Assembly: GCF_009914755.1 (NCBI RefSeq)
Contig: NC_060935.1
DNA length: 64,000 bases
From: the human T2T-CHM13v2.0 reference genome, Homo sapiens
Reading direction: 5' to 3' (one strand)
The position numbers and the translations under genes are program-made. The notes beneath the pieces were generated by a model that saw only the letters and a program-made list of their open reading frames with translations, was not told the DNA's origin and searched no databases. Shown here in pieces: positions 51,803 through 64,000 of this stretch; the first letter of the stretch is position 1, and the number at the start of each line of letters is the position of its first letter.

Positions 51803-52166
51803 TGTCTTAATCTGTTCAGTCTGCTATAACCAAATACCTTAGACCTGGTGATTCATACTTAGGAATTCATTGTTCTGGAGACTGGGAAGCACAGGGTCAG
51901 GGCGCCAGCAGATCTGGTGTCTGGTAAGGGGTCTGTCTGATTCATGGAAGTCAGCGGGCTGTGTCCTCACGTGGCAGAAGAGGCAAAAATAAGGTGCAAA
52001 CAAGCTCCCTCAGGCCTCCTTTCCAAGGGCACGCATCCTCTTCCTGAAGGCTCTGCCCTCACGGCCGAATCACCTCTCAAATGCGCCATCTCCTAACACC
52101 ATCAGGGCTGCGGGTTAGCTTTCGACATAGGGACTTTGGGAAGACACACACATTCAGACTACAGCA
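51803..52166 (-). mobile_element. MaLR LTR (MSTC/D-like) solo LTR
   Basis: TGTCTTAATCTGTTCAG...GCCAGCAGATCTGGTGTCTGG...CATTCAGACTACAGCA. Near-TSD CCTAG/CCTTG. Confidence 0.85.
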
Positions 52167-52924
52167 CCTTGCTCCTGGGGAAACAGAGGAAACTGGTTCC
52201 TTTCTTTCGGTTCTGGGTTATGTCAAAATGAGTTCCCTTTGCTGAATCTGTTTCAGCCACCTCTCCCGAGGATCCTCGCACAATTTCACTGCCAGCCAGG
52301 AAGGTCTGCCCTGGCTGGTCTGGGCTTGAGGACCAGCACGGGATCGTTCTCCTCTGTGGGTCGCTGATATGAAAACAATCTCACAAAGACGTAAGAACCA
52401 CACATGCTTAGTGTCATGTGTGATGCATCAACCCAGGGGGAGGAGAGAACGTGCATTCACGCAGAACTCTCTCAGCCACAAGCTCTGTTTCTGTTGCATT
52501 TGGGCCAGGTTGCGGGGAGCCTGGCAGGCCACCCGGCCAGTGTGGATGTCATTACATGAGCAGTAGGAAGCCATACAGTATCTGAGGCGGGGGAGTCACG
52601 AGATCTTCAGTCTGTCCCTCGGAAAGCCCCTCCTGCCGCCACTCAGGGGGATGGGTTGGAAGGGGTGAGGCTGGAGCCCAAATAGGGAGTTCAGAGGCCT
52701 CCGTGTCTGCCCAGGGAAGGAGGGAGGCCAGCTTCAGCTGCTGTCCTGAGGGTTCCTGCCTGGGTCCCTGATCCCCCTGAGAAAGGGCTCCCTCCCAGAA
52801 AAGGCATGTGCCCTGGGCAGAGCCAGGAAAGCTGGGGATGTCTCAAAGCCTCCCTACCTGCTCTGTGTCCCCTCCCTCTGGAGCCTGCCTCTCTCCCGAG
52901 CAAAGTACCTGCCACCTGGGAGTG

Positions 52925-53045
52925 ATCTGGGACAGTCAGATGCACCTTTTGAAGTATACACCTCAGTGGCTTTTGGTATATTCAGAGTCATGCAACTTCA
53001 CGACTCTCTAACTTTAGAGCATTTTCATCACCCTCAAAATGTCCC
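52925..53045 (-). mobile_element. LINE-1 3' end fragment (L1MB-like)
   Basis: GAAGTATACACCTCAGTGGCTTTTGGTATATTCAGAG...CATTTTCATCACCC. Confidence 0.65.
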
Positions 53046-53269
53046 TTGCATCCCAGGTACAAAGCCATACCAGGCCCCATGGGGATGGCTTGTGACTGCT
53101 GCACATCCTGCCCCTGGACCTTACTCTAGTTCTTCTTTCATCCACTGGTGTATTCCTTTGGCCGGGGACACACACATTTGAGAAACTTCCCAGCTTCCCT
53201 CTATCTGAGGCTCACTCCATTACAACACAAGGAACTGAGACATCTGTGGCTGGTTTTTTTTGTTGTTGT

Positions 53270-53570
53270 TGTTTTTCCAAATTGTATATCTGATAAGGGA
53301 TGTGTATCCAGAATATACAAAGAGGTCTTACAACTCAATAATGCATTGACCCAATTAAAAAATGGGCAAAGGACTTGAGCAGACATTTCTCCAAAGAGCA
53401 GATACAAATGGCAAATGATCACAGGAACACATGCACATGAACACACGCTCAGCCTCAGCAGTCATTAAAGAGATGCAGATCAAAACCACAGTGAGGTTTA
53501 CACCCAGTAGGATGACTAAAACAAAAAAGACAATAACAAGTGTTGGCAAGGATGTGGACTGCCAGAGCGA
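53270..53570 (+). mobile_element. LINE-1 ORF2 3' fragment
   Basis: AAAATGGGCAAAGGACTTGAGCAGACATTTCTCCAAAGA; translates IKEMQIKTTVRFTP. Confidence 0.8.
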
Positions 53571-54296
53571 GGCTAGCCATGCCATGTATCTGGAGGAGGG
53601 CCCTGGAGGGGTGTGCCCATTGCATGTCTGTGTGTTCCCATGCAGTGGGCACAGGCAGTGGTGCCAGAAAGAGCCTCTGCTGGGCTTTCTCACCACCCCA
53701 GCCTCTCACCTGCAGCCCAGGCATCCTCCAGTGGGTTTTTCAGGGAACTTAACATGATGAGTCTAAAATTTCTATGGCTGAATAAAGAACTGAATAAAAA
53801 TAACCAAGAAGATCAAGGAAGGGCCCTGCCTTCCAGATATCAGGATGTGGAAGAGGCTATACTAACTAAGATGTTGCAGTGTAGGCACAAGGGTAGACAA
53901 TTAGCCCATTATCCCAGTGGACAAGACAGAGAGCCCTGAAGAGATCCATACAAATGTGGGACATTGGCATGTGACCAAGGAGGTGTTGCAGGTTGCTGGA
54001 ATCAATCATCCTCCAGAAGGAAAAAGCTAGAGTTGGGCCCCCACCTCATGCAATCTATAAAAACTGACTCCAGGTGGATCTAGGAATTAAATGTTAAAAG
54101 CAAACCTTAAAACTCTTACTGGATAATATACGTTTATTAGTATCTTTTATAACTCGGCATAGGGAAATATTTATTTTACAAGACACAAAAGCATTGACTA
54201 TGAAAGAAAAACATTGGTCAATTCGATTTTACAAAATAAGAATCCCTCATCATCCAAAGATACCTTAAAGAACGTGACAAGTTGCAGACTGGCGAT

Positions 54297-55106
54297 TGCA
54301 CTAGTTTTCTGGCACTGGTTTAACAGGTGACCCCCAACACACATCAGAATAACAGACGTTTACTCTCTTTCACTTCTGTCGGTCAGAGGTCCAACCCCAG
54401 GTCTGATGGGGCTGGAGGGCGTCATTAGGGCTAGAGGTCCTAGGGGAGGATCTGTGTCCTTGCCTTTTTCAGCTTCTAGGGGTTGTCTGCATTCCTTGGC
54501 CTTTAGCCCCTTCCTCTATCTTCAGAGCCATCATGTTCCTCCTCTCTGACATTTTTTTTCGTAATCACAGCTCTCTCTGACCACAGCCAGGAAAGAGCCT
54601 CCACTGTTTGTTGTTGTTGTTTTTGTTGTTGTTGTTGTTGTTGTATGGTTTTGCTCTGTGACCTGGGTTGGAGTGCACTGGCGCAATCATAGTTTACTGT
54701 AACCTTGAACTCCCTGGCTCAAACGATTCTTCCACCTCAACTTCCTGAGTAGCTGGGACTACACGCACGTGCCACCGCGCCTGGCTAATTTTGTTTAATT
54801 TTGTGTAGAGGTGGAGTCTCTCTATGTTGCCTAAACTGGTCTTGAACTCCTGGCCTTAAGTGAGCCTCCCACCTCACCCTTGGCCTTCCAAAGCACTGGG
54901 ATTATAGGCATGAGCCACTGTGCCTGGCCAGGGCCTTCACTTTTAAAGACTTGTGGTTAATTGGGCCCACCTGGACAATTCAATATGATTTCCCCATCTC
55001 AGTGTTCATGACCTTAATTACAGATACAAAGTCCCTTTTCCATATAACGTAACATATTCATAGGTTCTAGGACATCTTTGGGGGAGCCCTTATTCTGCCT
55101 ACCAAA
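54297..55106 (-). mobile_element. MaLR LTR (MLT1C/D-like) split by AluJ
   Basis: TTGCCTTTTTCAGCTTCTAGG...ATTGGGCCCACCTGGACAAT...TATTCTGCCTACCA. Confidence 0.8.
54607..54929 (-). mobile_element. AluJ with (GTT)n tail
   Basis: Reverse dimer. Diverged TSD AGAGCCTCCACT / AGGGCCTTCACT. Confidence 0.88.
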
Positions 55107-55980
55107 GAAATGGATATTCACAATACAATGAATTGATAAAGAATTGGTGTATGTATAACTAATACATAACATGTATAATGTATTTATATATGTGTGTGTA
55201 TAACCAATAAAATCACTAATAGAAACTAAAATAACGAATCAATAAATATACAAATTATCAGACAGAAAAATGGCCAAAGACAAAGACTTGTTCTGCCCTT
55301 CATGGTCGAGGAACACATGTGGCCAGTGAGTATGTGAAGGCACCATTTACAGAAACCATTTACACCACTCCATTGGCATAAACCACAGTCTGACCATTGG
55401 GAGCGGTGGCAGGGATGTAGGGCCCAGGGTCTCTCCTACATTGCTGATGGGAGTGTACAGTGGGACTACCACTTTAAAAGGGTGGCATCACCTCCAAGGT
55501 GGTGAATTCACATACCTGTTGACCCAGCAGTCCCATATCTGGGCATACACCAAAAGGGAACTCTGGTGTGTGGACGAGTGAGAATGAACAGGAGTGTGTG
55601 TTGCAACGCTGTTCACAAGCTCCACGTGCAACCAGCCACTTGCCTCCCAGCAGGAGGGAGAGTGAGTAAACATGGAATGCCCATACAAAAGAGAATTTTA
55701 AACTAATTAAAGCAAACAAGCCAGAGTGACAGACAACCATGTGGGAAGGCTTGGCAATATAATACCAAGGAAAAGCCCACTGCATTCTTATCAAGTTTAA
55801 ATTACTAAAATTAAAAAAAAAAAAAAAACATGACTTTTGGGACACATATAGTTTCAATAATATTATATTAAAAAAGAAAGCAAGGGAGAGAGGAACACAG
55901 GATTCAGGTTGATGGTTACCCAGGATAGGGGAGACAAGGATACAGTTGGGGTGGAGCTGTCAGGGTCCAGCATTTATTTT

Positions 55981-56121
55981 GTGTTTTGTTTGTTTGTTTT
56001 TGTAGAGATGTGGTTTGGCCGTGTTGCCCAGGCTGGTCTTGAACTCCTGAGCTCAAAGCAATCCGCCCACCTTGGCCTCCCAAAGTGCTGGAATTACAGG
56101 TGTGAGCCACCACACCTGGCC
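55981..56121 (-). mobile_element. FLAM-type Alu monomer
   Basis: Single left-arm monomer. TSD GTCCAGCATTTATTTT (55965-55980) / GTCTAGCGTTTATTTT (56122-56137). Confidence 0.85.
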
Positions 56122-56199
56122 GTCTAGCGTTTATTTTGAATAACGAGTCCTTGGGAGCTTTCTACATTGTTTTTAAAAACTAATTATATGACATTTTAT

Positions 56200-56316
56200 A
56201 AGAAAATTATATTAGCACAACCGGGAGAGATTTATTCTAGGTAATGCAAGGCTAGTTAACATTCAAAACTTAATTAATGTGATCTATTATGGAACTTTCC
56301 CAACTTGATCAAGAGC

Positions 56317-56352
<36 letters not shown>

Positions 56353-58540
56353 CACAGCTAACATCACATCACACTTAATAGTGAAGAACAGAATACTTTC
56401 CCCCTAAAATAAAAAAGAAGGCAAGGGTATCTGTTCTCACCACTTCTATTCAATATAGTACTGGAAGTTCCAGCCACTGCAATAAGACAAGACAAAGAAA
56501 TGGGACATGTAGATTAGAAAGGAGGATCTAAAACTGTTTCTATTTGCAAAGATAGAATTGTCTATATAGAAAATCCCAAGGAATCTACAATAAAAATATC
56601 TGGAACTTAGGAGTTCAGCACACAAAAATCACTTGCATTTCTATACACTAACAATGAACCTGTGAAAACCAAAATTAGAAACAATACCATTTACAATTGC
56701 GCTAAAGAAATTAAAATACTTAGGTATAAATTTAACAAAACATGTAAAGATGTATATACTAAAAACTACAATATGCCAATGAAAGAAATCAAGACCTAAA
56801 TCAATGGAGAGATATTCCATGTTCATGAACTGGAAAACTCAAAATAGTAAACATTTCAGTTCTCCTTAGAATTACCTATAAATATAGCATAATTCCTAAC
56901 AAGAATCCTAGCAAGATTTCTTATGGACATGGACAAACTTGTTCTAAAATCTATATGGAAAGGCACATGCTGTAGATTAAAACAATTTTGAAAAAGAATT
57001 CAGTGGGAGAAATCACTCTACCAATTTTAAGGCCTACTATACAGTAAGGAATCAATATGATTTGATATTGGAGGAATAAGCATGTAGCTCAACAGAACAG
57101 AACGAGGAATCCAGAAATAGACACACGCAAACATGCCTGACTAATTTTAAGACAAAGATGCAAAATTCAGCGGAGGAAGACTCCTCTTTCAACACACGGT
57201 ACAGGAGCAGTTGGTCATTCATAGGCCAAATAAATAAATTAAAACCCTGACCTAAGTCTCACACTTTATATAAAAATTAACTCAAGAGCCACCTTGGACT
57301 TAAATATGAAGTGTACAACTCTGAAACCTTTAGAAAAACATAGAGGAGATAGTATTTAGGATTTAGGAAGGGCAAACAGTTCTCACATTGGATGCTAAAA
57401 GCATGATCTGTTTAAGGAAAATTGATGAAATGGACCCCATTAAAACTTAAAACACTTGTTTTGTGAAAGCCCCAGTGAAGGGGATAAAAATGCAAACTAT
57501 AGACTTGGAGAAAATATGTGCAAGCCACATATTTGACACCTGGCATCTAGAACATGAAGTACTCTCAAAACTCAACAGTAAAAAACAGCCTGTCCAACTA
57601 GAAGATGGGCAAAAGACACGAAGAGACATTTCACCAAAGAAAATAAATAGGGAAGAAGTACACCAAAAGATGATCAACTTCGTTAGCAAAGATGGAAATG
57701 CAGATTAAAACCACAGTGAGCGGTCACTACGCACCTATCAGAATGGCTAAAATGAAAAGTAATGATGACACCAAATGTTGGCGAGGATGTGGAGAAACGG
57801 GATTGCCCATCTGTTGCTGCTGGGAATGTAAACTGATGCAGCACTCGGGGAAAATAATGTGGTCGTTTCTTATAAAAGTCAGCATGCGACTACCACACAT
57901 CCCGGCAACTGAACTCCTCCTGGGCATTTATCCCAAAGAAACGAAGACTCATATTCATACACAAAACTAAATGAAAATTTATAGAAGCTTTATTCCTAAC
58001 TAGCTGAAAGCTGAGAACAATCTATGTATCATTCAACAGGGGAACAGGCAAACAGTGGTGCATCCCTACCCTGAAACACTACCCAGCAGTAGAAAGGAAC
58101 CCACTATTGGTACAACCTAAGCGGATCTTACGGGAATTGTGCTGAGGAGAAAAAGCCTCCCCCGAAAGGTCGCATGCTGTGTGATTCCGTATAGATAACA
58201 TTCTCAAAGTCCAGGCTGTAGGGATGGAGATCAGATGGTGGTTCCTGGGGTTGGGAATGGTGAGGGTGGGAGTGACTTGCACAGGAGACGCAGAGGGGGT
58301 CTTTCTGGTGGGGAGGACTTCCATTCCTCGTTGCTGTGTGAATCTGCACGTGTGAACACAAGGCAGAGCCACGCACACTGTACCAATGTCAATCTCCTGG
58401 CGTTGATCTGTTACTCCACCCATGCAAGGTGTGACCGTCGCGAACTCACGTAGAGGGCATACAGGACCTCTTGGTACTTTTTTTTTTTTTCCAACTTCCT
58501 AGGAGTCTATAATTGTTTCAAAATAAAAAGAAGCAAAACA
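56200..58540 (+). mobile_element. LINE-1 (L1MC/L1MD-type), decayed ORF2 and 3' UTR
   Basis: ORF 57692-57970 gives EMQIKTT...KCWRGCGETG...CWECKL, the ORF2p C-terminal cysteine-rich region. Ends TTTCAAAATAAAAAG. Internal A29 at 56322-56350. Confidence 0.9.
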
Positions 58541-60123
58541 ACACACTGGGAGGTGCAGGAAACCACACACGTGATGTGCTTGTGTCTGCTGACATAAGTG
58601 CTCAAGGAAGAGTCTGGAAGGCCTGCAAGGCCCTCATGCCTACGAGGTGGCTGCTAGGGGGATGTGACGTAGAGTGACTTCAGTTTCCCTCTTCATGTCT
58701 CCTGGGTCCTCCAGCACTCTGGGTTTCCTCTGCCAAGACCCCCACCCATCTGCCTCTCTTCATCTCACAAGCCTGCATGTGTGCAGAGGGCAGGGGTCCC
58801 CAGGGGATGTTCCTTCCCCAAGGCGCTGTGGCCACTTAGAGGGTCCCCCAAGCTCGGGCCTTTGAAGACAGCTCTGTGTCTCCTAGGACGCACAGGTGTG
58901 GGACCTCACTGCGCGGGAGGGAGTTGCAAAGAGCGACACCCCAGCATGTGGGAAGGAAGGGAGCGAGCTCTTATTTCCTTATTTTCTTTCCATCTCCACT
59001 CCCAGGCAAAGCTGATAAATTCTTCCTTATTCCAGAGTTAGAGGATCCTCCAGAAGGGGCCGAGAGCTTGTCCAGGCAGGGTGGATACAAGGGGCTTGCA
59101 TCTGACTTAACTGTCTGGCTGGGGGAGAGGGGACAGAGGTCCTGGGAGGGGCTGAAGGCTCAGGGACACAGGTGAGGCCAGCCCCTCCTCCACCCTGGGC
59201 ATCTCCAGGCCCAGCCCCACCCTGAGCTGTACTGGACCCAAGCCCCAGGACCCCCTGGAGTCACCTCCAGCCCTCCCACATGCCAGCCCCTACCCTGGGC
59301 CTCAGGATCTGCCTGGATGGAGGCCAGGCCGCTGAGCTGCTGGGAATCTGTTCCACAGGTGGGAAGGTCGGCCCGCCATGGGCAGCCCAGTCCGGGAAAC
59401 TTCCTGCCTCTGCTTTCCCACAGTGTCCTTCGATGGCCCCCAGTGACGTGTGTTGAATGTGGCGCTGGCCCCTTGGGCAGCCCAGCAGCCCCCACCCCAG
59501 CCAGCCCAGCCTGGGCAGCACTGGGGGCTCCTGGCTTTGAATTTGACCTATCCAGAAACAACGGCTCCTTCAGTGGGCTCAGCCCCTGAGACCACTCAGC
59601 CTGGGCTGTGTGCCCAGCGGCACTTCATGTACGTGGACGGGGCAGGCGGGCAGGCGGGCGTGGAGGAGCTAATGGGTAAGTTAGGCAGCACATTAACAAA
59701 TGAACCAGCGGATGGGGGTGGGGAGCTCATCTCATTCATCTACAAATTATTAACAATAACTTGTTCATTAATGAATGAACAGGTGAGATACAGGTCAGTG
59801 GGTGCACGAATGAGTGAGGAGATGAATGAAGCGGGTCTTTTCTCAGCAGCTGACCCACGGCCAAGCCCCCGCTGGGCAGCACGTCCCTTCCTCCTCTCCC
59901 AAGCTGGGTGGTGCGGGCAGGGAGAGGGTCCATCCGCCCTTCAGTAGGTGAGGAAGCCACGGGCCTGGAGGGTGGCCCAGCCCAGGCAGGAGGGCACCAG
60001 CCCCGGGCCCTCAGTGCCTTCCTGCAACCAGGGTCCAGGGGTCACTTCCTTCACGGCCCAGTGAGCCCAAGGCCTCCGTCCTGCCCCCTGTCTCTTACCA
60101 GCTCGCTCCTGCATCAGTGCTAC

Positions 60124-60964
60124 TGAAATGGGAAAGGTTTCCTTGTCCCCCTTGCAGGACATGTGACAGGGGTGTGGCTCGCTTCTTCAGTGCCCCACTA
60201 CTCAAAGTTCTAGGGGAGCATACAGTCGGACAGGTTGTGGGGCTCCGACCCCACAGCAGCGTCTAGGGGTGAATGTTTACAGCTGAAGCCCCATGGGTGT
60301 GTGTTACAGGGTGCTCTTTAGTTTAGCCGTCCATAGACAGCTTGCGTTAGTCAGCTCAGTTAGACCCCCTGCCTTACGGCAAGGGCAGAGGTCTTTCTGT
60401 ATCCCGAGGTTCTTGCCTTGGCGTACTGGAAGAATCAGATCACACGTGGGCTTGGAGAATGAGTGCAAGGTTTTATTGAGTGGAGGTAGCTCTCAGCAGA
60501 TGGGGGAGCAAGAAGGGAGATGGAGTGGGAGGGTGGTTTTCCCCTGGCATCAGGCGGCTCAGCAGCCTGGGCTCTCCTGCGTCCACCCCAGCCAAACCCT
60601 TCATCGTTCCTCCGGTCAATGGTCTGCCGGCCTGTCGGTGCCTGTTGGTGCCTGTCGGTGTGCTCCTACGCTGGTGTGTTCCTCTCGACCTACCCTCAAC
60701 GTCCAGCCGCTTGTGTCTTCTTCTGCCGATGTGTTCCTCTTGATGTCCAGCCGCTTGTGTGTCTGCCCACTAAGGTCTCGAGATTTTTATAGGCACGGGA
60801 TGGGAGCATGGCAGGCCAGGGTGTTCTCGGGAAATGCAACATTTGGGCAGAAACACCGAAATGTCTGTCCTCACCTGGGTCCGTGCACATAGGCCGTAGG
60901 GTGGAACCCTAGCCAGGGACCCGCCCTTCTCCTCCCAGCACTTCCCTGCCCCTCTTCCGTATCA
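60124..60964 (-). mobile_element. ERV1 solo LTR (LTR27/LTR28/LTR1 group)
   Basis: TG...CA termini and a perfect 4-bp TSD CTAC (60120-60123 / 60965-60968). Minus strand starts TGATACGGAAG...GGAAGTGCTGGG, with TATAAA (60786-60791) and AATAAA (60472-60477). Confidence 0.9.
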
Positions 60965-61911
60965 CTACCAGGAAAGGCCACTTGGCCCCATCCCAGGCCT
61001 CGCCCAAGACAGAGAGAGAGACACCACCCCCTGCAAAGGAGCAAGCCGGGCCCTTCTCTCTGAGACCACAGGGTGGACTGTGTTCAGCAGAAAAGCCAGG
61101 TAGCCAGCGCTGTCACCAGAGCAGTGGCTGACCCACAGCATGGCCTGGACAGAGCTGGGGGCCTGGGCTGGCACCCTCAGCCCTGGCTGCTTGCAGTCCC
61201 GGCCGGCTGTTTGCCTGTGAAGGCTCCGGCTGTGTTCTAGGGAGTTGGCAGGAGGGGAGGCCCGCAGCAGCTTCTAGCGGCCTGTGAAGCAGCCACGGGG
61301 CATGGCCCTCTGTGCAGAACAGGATCTGAGGAGCCCCGAGTGTTCTCACTGGATGTGGGGCCGCATCCAGACCTTGGCGGTCATGGCCACAGGCTCCCAA
61401 GGCCCTAAGTGACAGCCAGTGGTAGACCCTTCACGGTCAGGCACCTATGACTCCCCGTTCCCTGCCTGCTCCCAGGCTGTTTGGGGTGATGGAAAGAGGC
61501 CAGGACGTGAGGCCAGGGTAATAGTTCCTCTCGTGTGTCAGGCCTGGGAGGGGGGCCTTCATGAGACCATCACGGAGATCTTGGGGCCTCCAATTTGTCA
61601 AATAGTTTTCTGTTACAGTTCATACTGTTTGCGTTCCTTTAAAGACGTCTTTGCCCATCCCAGGTCGTGAAAATATTATCCAACTTTCTTCGACAGGCCC
61701 GATTGCCTCATAGTTAGGCCTGTGACTCTCCCTGGGTTAACTTTGTGACCGGTGTGTGGTAAGGATCATGGTTGACATACTTTCACAGGTGCATCCACAT
61801 TGTTCCAGCACCATTTATTGAAAAGCGTATCCTTCCGCCAGCTCGACGGCAAAGGCGTCTTTTCTATGAACCAGTGGCCACAGGAGGGTTTGTGTGTCTA
61901 ATGTCCTATTC

Positions 61912-62247
61912 CACGGGTCCCCAGGCCACAGACCGGTACCCATCCATAGACTGTTAGGAACAGGACCGTGCAGCAGGAGGTGAGCGGTTGGCAAGTGAAC
62001 GTGATCACCTGAGCTCCGCCTCCTGTCAGATCAGTGGTGGCATTAGATTCTCGCAGGAGCGCGAACCCTGTTGTGAATGCACATGTGAGGGGTCTAGGCT
62101 GTGTACTCCTTATGAGAATCTAATGCCTGCTGGTCTGAACTGGAACAGTTTCATCCTGAAACCATCTCCCCCCACCCCACCCCGTCCACGGAAAAAGTGT
62201 CTTCCACGAAACTGGTCCCTGGTGCCAAAAAGGTTGGGGAACCACTG
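61912..62247. mobile_element. MER1B hAT-Charlie DNA transposon
   Basis: CTCCGCCTCCTGTCAGATCAG...GAAACTGGTCCCTGGTGCCAAAAAGGTTGGGG. 8-bp TSD TCCTATTC / CCCTATTC. Confidence 0.92.
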
Positions 62248-62647
62248 CCCTATTCCGTCAGACCCCCACTGTTCATCTGTCTGCCCACACGCTCTTAATC
62301 AAGCCCTGTGGCCTCATGAAACCCTAGGAGTGTCAGACCTCTGACTTTGTTGTTCTTCAAGATCGTCTTGGCTATTCTTGGCCCTTCACGTTGTTAGGAA
62401 TATTTTAGAATCACCTTGTCGGTTTCCAATAAATAAACAAACAAACAAAAAGCACTGTGATATTGATTGGAATCATATTTAATCCACACCTCAATTTGCA
62501 GAAAATTAACATCTTATAAATATTGAGTCTTCTTATACATGAACATACTATATCCCCAAGTCAAGTTAGGGCTTCTTTATCTGTCTCTCCAATGCTCAGT
62601 GCTTTTCTGTGTAGCAGTCTTACACATCTTTAAACAGATTTATTTTA

Positions 62648-62850
62648 GAGCTGGGTACGATGGCTCACACCTGTAATACCAACTACTTGGGAGGCTGAAG
62701 TGAGAGGATCACTTGAGCCCAGGAGTTTGAAACCAGCCTGGGCAAAATAACAAGACCCCATCTTAGAAGAAAAAAAAAAAAAATAAGAAAGAAAGAAATA
62801 AAGAAAGATTGTGAAAGCAAGACAGTAAAGAAGAAACAAAAAACTTTTTT
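62648..62850 (+). mobile_element. FLAM/AluJ monomer with long A-rich tail
   Basis: Left-arm monomer with AGATTTATT repeated on both flanks. Confidence 0.8.
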
Positions 62851-62950
62851 GAAAGATTTATTCTTAAGTTTCTGGTCAAGTTTATGGTTATTGATGCTAT
62901 TGTAATTGATATGTTTTATTTTCTAATTGTTACTAGCATATAGAAATATA

Positions 62951-63229
62951 CATATACATATTTTAAAGACAGGGTCTCTGCATTCCAGGCTCAGAGCTTA
63001 CAGCAGCCTTGAGCTCCTGGGCTCAAGCAGTCCGCCCATCTCAGCCTCCTGAGTAGCAAGAAGCACAGGTACACACCACCAAGCCTGGCTATTTTTTAAA
63101 TTTATTTTTTCTACAGATGGGGTCTCACTATGTTGCCCAGGCTGATCTCAAACTCCTGGGCTCAAGTGATCCTCCCACCCCACCCTCCCAAAACACTGGG
63201 ATTGCAGATGTGAGCCACTCTGTCAGGCC
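62951..63229 (-). mobile_element. AluJ, internally deleted
   Basis: Reverse dimer. TSD TAGAAATATA (62941-62950 / 63230-63239). Confidence 0.88.
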
Positions 63230-64000
63230 TAGAAATATAATTATTATATATCATCCTTAAAACCGGCGTTCTTGTTAAATTCATGTATTCCAACAGTTTA
63301 TCTGAGGATTCTTAGGGATTTTTTTTACATGTATGGTTATGTCATTTGCAAATAACAAATGTTTTATTTTTTCCTGTCCAATCCTTGTACCTTTTATCTC
63401 CCTTTTCCTACCTTTTTAACATACCAGCTGGGACTTTCTGGACAATGTGAAATAGAAACGATAACATCCTTGCCTTGCTTCCTGTCTCAGGAGGAAAGCG
63501 TATCACATTTCACTATTAAGTATGATGTCTGCTTAGGGTTTGGGTTTTTTTGTTTTAGTTTTTGTCTTTTTTTTTTTAGGTAATGGAGTTTCTATTCCTA
63601 GTTTGCTGAGAGTTGTGTTTTTAATTATGAACAGGTCTCGCTTTATCAAATGCTTTCTTACAATCTGTTGTGTTGATTCTATTTTTTCTGACTTATTCTG
63701 TTGATGTGAAGAGTGACGCTGCTTGGTCCTTAGAGGGTAAACTCAGCATGCACAAGTGGATTAAACCACATTCGAGCATGTGTTTGGGCACAGTGCTACA
63801 TGCAGCTTGCTGGTGGTGGTTAGGATATTTGCACGTATGTTCACGAGAGAGATTAACCTGTGATTTTTTTTTTCTTTCTTGAAATATCCTTGTCAGATTT
63901 TGATATCAAGGTTATGCTGCCTTATGAAAATACTTGTATAAAATTGACATTATTTTTTCCTTAAACATTTGGAAGAATTTACTGGTGATGTCGTCTAGAT

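Larger units (their letters stand above)
53730..55965 (+). mobile_element. Ancient LINE-1 (L1ME-like) interrupted by MLT1 and AluJ
   Basis: TCTAAAATTTCTATGG, ACATTGCTGATGGGAGTGTA and GACCCAGCAGTCCCA are L1 ORF2/3' motifs on both sides of the MLT1. Confidence 0.7.
61580..64000 (-). mobile_element. Old LINE-1 (L1M) interrupted by MER1B and two Alus
   Basis: GTTCCAGCACCATTTATTGAAAAG, TTGGCTATTCTTGGCCC, TCATTTGCAAATA and TTCCTAGTTTGCTGAGAG are reverse ORF2 motifs. Confidence 0.85.

Noticed and set aside
57463-57970. ORFs with reverse-transcriptase-family similarity (also 10232-10414)
   Set aside because: Frameshifted fragments of old L1 ORF2, not functional genes.

Overview
Primate, human-like, GC-rich non-coding DNA, either intergenic or deep intronic. 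I cannot name the locus. No credible protein-coding exon, tRNA/rRNA gene or CRISPR array is visible: the ORF track is GC-rich noise plus fragments of LINE-1 ORF2 and Alu. The window opens on the edge of a CpG island (1-~300). About 52 kb of Alu-poor GC-rich DNA follows, with old MIR, L2, MaLR-LTR and DNA-transposon relics and short AT-rich islands packed with homeodomain/T-box/GATA/SOX/POU motifs, which suggests the enhancer landscape of a developmental gene. The last ~11 kb is a nested L1/MLT/Alu cluster with an intact ERV1 solo LTR. The most unusual structures are a perfect 26-bp inverted copy templated from an old L1 about 0.9 kb away, an AluYd-plus-extra-arm trimer inside a single old TSD, an AGCT-dense switch-region-like pentamer/34-mer repeat, and an ancient 81-bp local duplication. 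Repeat family names come from recalled consensus features, not a database search, and boundaries without TSDs are approximate.
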